In this document: positions 55,241 to 64,000 of the stretch, piece by piece
How the letters are laid out: each line of letters opens with the position of its first letter
How positions within the stretch are numbered: position 1 is the first letter of the stretch
Program-made: the position numbers and the translations under genes
Notes under the pieces: generated by a model
The model's input: only the letters and a program-made list of their open reading frames with translations
Told to the model about the DNA's origin: nothing
Databases searched by the model: none
Assembly: GCF_009914755.1 (NCBI RefSeq)
Contig: NC_060936.1
Source: the human T2T-CHM13v2.0 reference genome, Homo sapiens
DNA: 64,000 bases
Direction: 5' to 3' (one strand)

Positions 55241-56953
55241 TATTTTGGTACTGAAAAGTGTTTGTAGTTCTGTCATAACAAATACCTAAACATGTGGAAG
55301 TGGCTCTGGAATTGGGTAATGAATAGAGGCTGGAAGTATTTTGAGGTGCATGCTAGAAATATGGATGTTAAGAGCAATTCTGATGAGCTCTCAGATGAAA
55401 TGAGAAACATATTTTTGGAAACTGGAAGAAAGGCGATCTTTGTTATAATATGGAAAAGAATTTGGCTGAATTATGTTTGGGTTCTAGTGTTTGTGGAAGG
55501 TAGATCTTGCAAATGATGATATTGGATATTTAGTTGAGGATATGTCTAAGCAAATGTTTAAGAAGTGGCTTGCTTCCACCTGACTGCTTATACTAAAACC
55601 TGATAAGAGACAGTTGAAGAAGGGATTGTTAAAGGATAAGTTGAAGAAGGAATTGTTAAGCAAAAAGGAACCTGAATTTGAAGATTTGGAACAGTTTCAG
55701 CCTACGTATATTGCAAAAAAATGAAAAAGTATTCAGAAGAGAACACCAAGGGTGTGCCTGGACTGTCATTCAATGAAGAGCTTATGGGACTATATAAGCA
55801 GCAACATTGCCAGTTTAAACTGAAGGAGATGCAGAAAGGACTAAAGGAAGGAAGGTTATTAGACTCATCAGGATTTGTGGGGGAAAAGATGAAAGAGTCT
55901 TTTGGCTGTGAACATGTGCTATCCTTCAATAAGAGGAAAAATGACCCTAAAGGTAATTCAGAAATTAACAGAGCCACCATCTTGTTTTCAATAAGTCAGA
56001 TGCCCTCTTTCTTGAAGCTGTGAGGCCAGGACCACTTTGTTGTGCTGAAGGATCAGGACACCTTGAAGAACGCTGGGGACAGGGTGCCTGGAAGGGCCAT
56101 GAATACAGGATCTCTGCCCCCATGGGTTTTGAAGATAGGACCCCAGTGGGTCTGGAAGATAGAGAATCAAGTCAAAGAGAATGATTCTTGAGCCTTAAGA
56201 TCTGATGGAATGTATCTTACTAGGTTTTAGATTTGTTTGGGACTAATCATCCTTTTCTTTCCTATTTTTCTCTCTTGTAATAGAAAGGTCTTTCCTATGG
56301 CTGGCTCGCCATTTTAGAAGTACATGACTTGTTTGGTTTCACAGATTCAGAGCTGAATCTGAAGAGGAATTTTGCTTCAGGATGAATTGTACCTTGAGTC
56401 TCACTCATACTTGATTCAAATGATATTTCGATAAGACTATGGACTTTAGACTTTAGAGTTGATGCTGGCATAAATTCAGACTTTTGAGGCTGTTGGGATG
56501 AAATAAATGTACTTTGCATACAATAAGAACATAAATTTTGGGGGGCCAGGGGTGGAATATTATGGACTGAATGTTTCTGTCATCACTGAATGTCATGTGT
56601 TAAAACCCTAACTACCAATGTAATGTGGTTTGAAGATGGGGCATTTGCACAGTAATTATAGCTAGGTGAAGTCATGAGGATGGGAATCCTCATGATGGGA
56701 TTGTTGTACTTCTAAGGGGAAGATCCTCTCTCTCTCTCTCGGCTCCCCACTCCCCAACTCTACCCTAGGTGAGAGCACAGAGAGAAAGTGGCCATCTAAA
56801 AGCTGGAAAGATAACCCTCACCAGAACTCAAACATGCTGGCACCTGATCTCACACTTACAACCTCCACAAACGTGATAAAAAAAAATTCTGTAATTTAAG
56901 ACCTGTAGCCTATGGCTGGCATTTTGTTATAGCAGCCCAAGCACACTAAAACA
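55241..56953 (+). mobile_element. MaLR (MLT1A/MSTD-type) internal region 55241-56557 plus 3' LTR 56558-56953
   Basis: aaatacctaaacatgtggaagtggctctggaattggg is homologous to the THE1 internal start; polypurine tract gggggccaggggtggaa; LTR ends cactaaaaca. Confidence 0.82.
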
Positions 56954-58571
56954 GTCAATTAAGTTTATAATATTATTCAGATCTTCTATCACTCATCAAC
57001 TAATTTTTTGTGTCTACTTGTCCTGTTAATTAGTAATAGAGGTGTGTCCGAAGTCTCCAACTGTAATTGTATATTTGTCTATTTCTCCTTTCAGTTCTAT
57101 AGATTTTGCTTTATTTTGGAGTTTTATTGGGTGCATATACATGTAGCAATATTATGTCTTTTTAATGAATTGACCCTTTTATAATTACATAATGTTGATG
57201 TTAATATACCTTATTCTGAATACTACTTTAGCTAATATTAATATAAGCACTGCAGCTTCCCTTAATTAATAGTATAATTTTTCCATCCTTTTACTTTTTC
57301 CTTTGTCTTTATAAGTAGATTTATTGTAGACAACATATAATTGCATTTTACTTGTTTGTCCAACCTGACAATGTTAGGCTTTAATTGGAGTGCTAATTCC
57401 AGATGTATTTAATGTAAGTATTGATATGTTTGGGTTTAAATATACCATCTTGCTAAATGTTTTCTACTTGTCCCATTGGTTCCTTGTTTTTCCTTTCCTC
57501 TTTTAGTGCCTACTTTTGAACTAAATATTTTTCATTATTATATTTATTTTCAAAATTGGCTTATTAGTGGTTTCTCTAGGATTTAAACATCTTTAACTTA
57601 TCACAGTTTACTTCCAAATGTATCACTTTACATAGAGTGTAGTAGCTTTACCACATATACTTCTATTTCCTTTCTTCCAACCTTAGTGCTATTGTTGTTA
57701 CAGTTTTTACTTCTGTGTGTATTATCAACCCCATAATATATTGTTACTATTATAGTTTTAGACAATTATATTTTAAAGGAATTCAAAATTTAAAACATCT
57801 TTTATACTTAACCATATTTTTACCATTTCTATGCTCTTCATTCTTTCACACAGATGTAATTTTCTATCTGGTATCATATTTCTTGTGCCTAAAGAACTTT
57901 CAATAGGTTAGTTGCAGGTCTGCTGGCAATGAATTCCCTAAGCTTTTGTTGGTCTGAGAAAGTTTTTATTTTATCTTTATTCTGAAAGCTATTTTTGCTG
58001 GATATATCATTATCAGTTTATTGTTGTGCTTGTTTTATTACTTTGAAGATGTTACATCATCTGCTGAACTGCATAGTTTCTAAAAAGAAGTCTGGTGTGA
58101 TTCTTATCTTCCTCCCTATGTAATGTTTCCTTTTTCCTCTTCTACATCAAGATTTTTCTCTTTAAACTTGAATTTCAGCAGTTTGACTACAATTTTCATA
58201 GCTGTGTTTTTAAAATTTTTGTTTATATTGCTTAGAGTTTTCTGAGATTCTTTGGTCTGGTTTTTTTTTTTTGCTTTTTGTTTCTGTTTTTGCCTTCAAT
58301 TTACTTCAGACAATTCTTGATCATTACCTCTTCAAATATTTCTTTGGTTCTTGCTGTCTTCTTATTCTGGAGATACAAGTCCATGTATATTAGACTGTTT
58401 GGTTTTATTCCCTAATTTTTGGATGATCTGTTCTTTTTTCCCATGCATTTAATTATTTAATTTTCAGTAGTTCCTGTCATCAAGTTCATCAATTATTTCC
58501 TCATTGTGTCTAGTCTACAGATAAAGTTGTCAAAGGAATAATAATAATAAAAAAACTCTAGAATTTCCATT

Positions 58572-59098
58572 GGTATTGGTTTCCTATTGCTGCTGTAACA
58601 AATTACCACAATGCTACTAGCTTAAAACTACACAACTTTATTATACTAAAGTTCTGGAATTCAGAAGTCTGAAATGGGTCTCAGACTTGTCTAAAATCAA
58701 GGTGTCAGTAAGGCTGCATTCCTTTAGGAGACTCTACAGGAGGATCTATTTCCTTACCTTTTCCATCTTCTAGAGACCAACTGAATTCCTTATCTCAGGA
58801 CCTCTTTCTCCATCTTTAAAGCCATGTTCTCTTTCTCCATCTTTCTCCATCTTTAAAGCCAAACTGCAAATCATCTCCAAATTACTCTGTCTCTCCTGGT
58901 TCCCTCTTTCACAGTCCTTGTGATTACATTGAGCCTATCAGGATAATCCTGGATAATATTCTCATATCATGATCCTTAACTTAGTAACATTTGTAAAGTC
59001 CCTTTTGCCATGTAAGGTAATATAGTCACAGGTTCAGAGAAGTAGGACATGGACATCTTTGGTAATAATGGGGTGTCCCATTATTGTGCTGATGACAC
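58572..59098 (-). mobile_element. MLT1D/C-type LTR
   Basis: gtattggtttcctattgctgctgtaacaaattaccac...gtcacaggttc...ggacatctttgg. Confidence 0.8.
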
Positions 59099-59124
59099 CA
59101 TCTGATTCTCAGGATTTCCACCTT

Positions 59125-59585
59125 TAGTAGGTAGAATGGTGGCCTCTCAAAAGATATATCTATGTCCAAATCCCTGGAACCTGTGAATGTTATCTTACTT
59201 GGAAAACGGGTATTTGCAGATGAATGAAGTTCAGGTTCTTGAGAGTAGATCATCCTGGATTACTTGTGTGATTCCTAAATTCAATGATAAGTGTGTTTGT
59301 AATATACAGAAGAAGTTAAGACACAGACAGACAGAGGAGATGGCAATGTGAAGATAGAGGCTGAGATTGGAGTGCTGTGGCCACAAGTCAAGAAAGCCAA
59401 GGAATGCTGACTGCCCCCAGAAGCTGCAAAAAGCAAGGATTTTCCCTTTGCACCTCCAGGAGTGTGGCTCTGCTGACACCTTGATTTCAGACTTGAGGCT
59501 TCTAGAACTGAGAGAATAATTTTCTCTTATTTTAAGCCACCCAGTTTGTGGTAATTTGTTATGGTACCCCTAGGAAAAGAATACA
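59125..59585 (+). mobile_element. MLT1C-type LTR
   Basis: tagtaggtagaatggtggcc...aatccctggaacctgtgaatg...ccctaggaaaagaataca; flanks ccttt/tcttt. Confidence 0.82.
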
Positions 59586-60703
59586 TCTTTCTGTTGAAAT
59601 CTTTATCTCTTTAAGTATGTATTATAGTTTTTCCATTAGATCCTTTAACGTATTAATTATAATTATTTTAAAGTTCCTGTCTGTTAGTTTCAACATCTGG
59701 ACCAAATTCTGAGTTTGTTTAATCTCTTGACAATGGGTTGTTATGTTCTTGCTTTTTGTGTATATGGCAATTTTGTTTACATACCAGATAATGTGTACAA
59801 AGTAACACTAGAAACTGAGCTAAATAATATTTATGCCCAGCAGTAGGCATGCTTCTTCTTCTGTTAGATCATGAGTCTTTGGGCAGTTGAGGCTCTCTGA
59901 TATGTACATGAGCTGAGTTTAAGTTTGCTGTTGTCGTGTTGATATATTGTTATATTCAGTGAACCCTAGGCTTCAAATTCCTCCTGCGGTAGACAAGTGC
60001 TACCTTATCCTTAGTGTGAGGTCTGAAGTGCTAGAGGAATTTTCTAAATGTTTCTTCACTCTCAGCTTTCAGCAATCCATGTATGACTTTGCCACTGGGG
60101 GGATTTATCTCCATGTTCTTGTATTTACCCTAGCCTAGAGACTTCAGTTGTTTGTTATTCTGTGCAAGACTCATGCTGGAGTTGGAAGCTTTCACTTCTC
60201 CTGTTCCAGCCTTAGTTTCAGGCAGGTCCTGTGCTCCTGAGCCTGATGTCAGTTGTTTTGAATACCCCCATGTCTCTCCCATGACAAGCCTTTGCCTCCT
60301 TTTCAGTCCATGTTTTAGAGTGCAGGTAGGTTTCCTGTACTTCCCTCCCCGCTGAACAGGTGAACTCTGCCTCCGCCCCCAGCAATAGCAGTCCTCTTCT
60401 TTGTATTAGTGCAGGATCCTGCGCATGAGAAAGTTTTCTACCACTTTCCCAGTAGCAGCCTACCTTTGCCTGGAAATAGGGACATGACAGGGTTTCATGT
60501 CCCTCCCTCAGTGGCAGATTCATTTTACTTCATATAAAAGCATTGTCATGTCTGGGATGTGAACATGTTCTTTCTATCATCTCAACAGCGACAGATTTTA
60601 CTTCCTATCTGAGAACATTCTGGGCTGTGGGAAGTAGCAGCTGCTCACCATACTGTACTCATGCAGAGCCCATTGAGAGATGAAATTCCATAGACACTCC
60701 TGT

Positions 60704-61147
<444 letters not shown>

Positions 61148-61589
61148 TCAAGAACCCCATGAGTGGGTGCAGACTTGCCTGTGCCTGTGGCACCTGAAGA
61201 TTCTACACTTTCACACTAGTCCACATTTGTCCTTTAAGAATGTGCTAAATTTCATCTATTTTCATCTTACTGACTCCAATAACTGCCTCCCTTCCCTCCT
61301 ATTCTCCCTAAAAGGTGAAACATTTGAGTGTCCTATGTTACCTATGAGGAGCCTTTCACCCTTAGGAATTTAGTTCAACTGATCAACCTCAGCGCACTGA
61401 TGAACTTGAAAACTATTTTGTAGATTTTCAGCTTTTTTTTTTTTTTTTTCCTGAGGCAGTGTAAATTATTTAAGAGTTTAGATTACCAACTTTTCCTGTT
61501 TTGGTGATAGTGACATTCTTTTGCAGTTTCTGTATCCTAAGTGAAATTAGAACTATATTCATTGATTTAACAGATATTCAAATCAACAA

Positions 61590-62185
61590 ATGCATACCCA
61601 GAGGACCAAGTGATGTCTGAAACTTAACATATATATAATGGAACTTTTGGTTTGCCCCAACCATTGCCTGTTCCACCCTAAGCCTATCTCTGTAAGTTGT
61701 ACCACTGTCCACCTAGTTGGTTAAGCCAGAAACTCAAGTGTTTTCCTGATTTTCTCTTCTTCACCTCATACATCCAATACAACAGTAACCACTATAATTA
61801 TTGATTCTATTTCCGAAATAAATATAAAACCCATTTACTTTTTTCCATTATTGCTGTCACTAGTGTGGTCCAAGCTGTCATCATCTGTTGTCTGGACTTC
61901 TTTGTCAACCAGAGGATCTCACAGCTTTTACTTTTGTCCTCGTAGACTACATCATCCACCCAGCAGTCAAAGTTAAAACATAAATCTTATCACATTCTAA
62001 AAATATAAGTAAATTTTGAGCATGTCAAATCCCTGCTCAAAATCATTCAGTGTTTCCCCATTACCTTTCTAAAGGCAACTCAATCTCAACTCCTCACCAT
62101 GACCTGCAAGGCCGTGAATGATCCAGCCCTGCCTATTTCCACAACAACTTCATTTGGGGCCACTTTCTTCCTCACTCACTTATTC
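61590..62185 (+). mobile_element. L2 LINE fragment
   Basis: aaacttaacat...aagccagaaactcaag...gtccaagctgtcatcatct...cctcaccatgacctgcaaggcc. Confidence 0.75.
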
Positions 62186-62643
62186 ATCTGTTGAGAAAAG
62201 AGAGGCACTTTTAACTTATACATGTCTGAAGAATCAGAGCAGCTGTGAACATACCCCAGAACTCTGAAATTTCAAAAGTATAAAATGTTAATCCAAAAAG
62301 AATTCTAAACTTCAAATAATCTTCTTTTTGCTTATTTTTTATGGCATATGTGCATTATTATTTCATCACTTTCAAAACTGACACAGTTTCCATAGTTAAC
62401 TTCGAGTTATTTTTGTGAACTGACTATTGAACGAAAGCTCTCCATTTACTAACAACAGTGTAGTCTTCTGAATCTTTTAGCTCTTATTGAAAAAAACATT
62501 CCTTTGTTATAGAGTGCAATGTGGTTTGTTTTGGAGGGAGTAAAGGAGGCAGGATGTCTGTCTTTGCTTGGTTTCCTGGCCAGTGCATCTCATTTGAAAA
62601 TAGTTTGTTTCAAGTAGTTAAGTCTATTCCTGGGAAGCCTCTA

Positions 62644-62950
62644 TTTTTATATATTTTTTTAATTTTTAGACAAGGTCTTGCTCTGTTACCCGGGCTGGAG
62701 TGTGGTGGCACAATCATAGCTCATAGCAGTCTCAAACTCTTGGGCTCAAATGATCCTCCCATCTCAGCCTCCCAAGTAGCTTGGACTACAGGTGTGTACC
62801 ACCATGCCTAATTGCTTTTTTTCAAAATTTTTTAGTAGAGATGAGGTCTTGCTGTGTTTTCTCAGGCTGGTCTCAAACTCCTGGGCTCAAGTGATCCTCT
62901 AACCTCAGCCTCCTGAAATGCTAGATTACAGACATGAGCCACTGTGAGCC
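62644..62950 (-). mobile_element. AluJo
   Basis: caatcatagctca, ctcttgggctcaaatgatcctccc; dimeric. Confidence 0.9.
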
Positions 62951-63414
62951 TTTTATTTGTTTAAGTTTTATTTTTTCCTTTCTTCCCTTCTCCCTTCCTT
63001 TCTTTCTTTTGTTTTTAGACAAGTAATTTGACATTAGGAGGTCTTGAAGGTGATGGTTTCCTCTGGCAGTAGTGCCTTTTCTGTCACTGAAGGTGTTCAG
63101 TTGGTCAGAATGCATGGCCAATGGAATCATTCTTTCATTAAAGAACAAACATTTGTTAAACGCCTCCCTTTGCCAAAGCATTGGGACACTCACTAGGAGT
63201 TCAAAGATAAAAAAGCACGCTTTTTAACAAGTGTACGTTTCAGTGTCAGACATACAGTTTTAATACAACTGCTCATTGTTCTAATGGGAAATAAGAGATT
63301 CAGCCATTAAACTACTGTGTGGTGTAGAAGACCTTTTAAAATAGACTGATTTCTGAGAGTCTGTGATTTCACTTATAAGGCTTATGAGGGATTCTTAGCA
63401 AGGAAAAATGAGAA

Positions 63415-63505
63415 TCGTTTCTGGTTATACTAATTATGAACTTTGTGAGCCTTGAGCAAGTCTCTAAACTTTCTGAAGCTCAGTTTGTTTTCTTATATTT
63501 TAAAA
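63415..63505 (+). mobile_element. MIR core fragment
   Basis: gtgagccttgagcaagtctctaaactttctgaagctcagttt. Confidence 0.6.
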
Positions 63506-64000
63506 GAGAATATTTTGAAGAGAGATAAATGGAATAATACAAATAAAGTTCCAGCACCTATTAAGTGGGGGTAAGGTGGAGCAGTGTTTACTGAAAATGA
63601 AAATTAGATTAAAGGACAGACACTTCAGGGCCATTTTTTTTTCCTCCTCCATATGTGTGAGTGTGGATGGGGTAGGGAGAGGAGGGTGTTTTATAATAAA
63701 GAAGTAAACGGAAAGAAAAAATGTGAAGATATAGTTCACTGGGGGAAACACTGTAAATATAGACTAGTGACAGGCAATGAACTGCAGGACCTGAGCTGGT
63801 TCTGAGGCAGTGAGCCTCAGCTAGAACATCCCATATACATCGCAGGAGGATGATGACGTTTAATGTGTCAAAGTGTACGTAACTGATGACAGTTTTGTGA
63901 TCAGGCTTTGTTTGCAATCATAGAGAATCCAGAAAAGTTAATTTTAATACTCTTGATTTTGACAGATAAATTCTTTTTAAAATGTAAAATTATTATTTCT

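Noticed and set aside
63609-63917. 102-aa minus-strand ORF in unique sequence
   Set aside because: Non-ATG start, no recognisable domain, no convincing splice context; a length expected by chance

Overview
This is a repeat-dense eukaryotic window from a hominid (human or great ape), judged from a full-length L1PA2-type LINE-1, an AluY, and THE1/MST/MER57 LTR elements. Most of it is nested transposable-element debris. The main blocks are: an L1PA8-10-like LINE (8.5-15.9 kb) hosting a younger L1 and a complete THE1B provirus; an L1PA16/17-like LINE inside an L1MB; a MER57 (ERV1) provirus (27.35-39.32 kb) hosting an AluS and a full-length L1PA2; an MSTC LTR hosting an L1PA3 and a THE1D; and an ERVL/MLT2/MaLR composite (51.9-57.0 kb). 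I can support no intact protein-coding gene, RNA gene or CRISPR array, and nearly all ORFs in the track are TE-derived or antisense to TEs. I found no new multi-gene system. The most interesting signals are: (i) phase-compatible, stop-interrupted exon-like segments on the + strand in the unique islands (4.4-5.4 kb and 43.8-45.8 kb), possibly a dead gene or lncRNA, with the L1PA2 antisense promoter aimed at the latter island; (ii) unusual retrotransposition and repair products, namely an Alu plus polyadenylated LTR fragment with a triplicated target site, a 68-bp LTR mini-retrocopy, a 45-bp locally templated insertion, a foreign-L1 filler at a deletion junction, two proviruses with overlapping target-site duplications (TSDs), and an ERVL/MaLR chimera. 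Family and subfamily names come from my recollection of consensus sequences, not from a database search.
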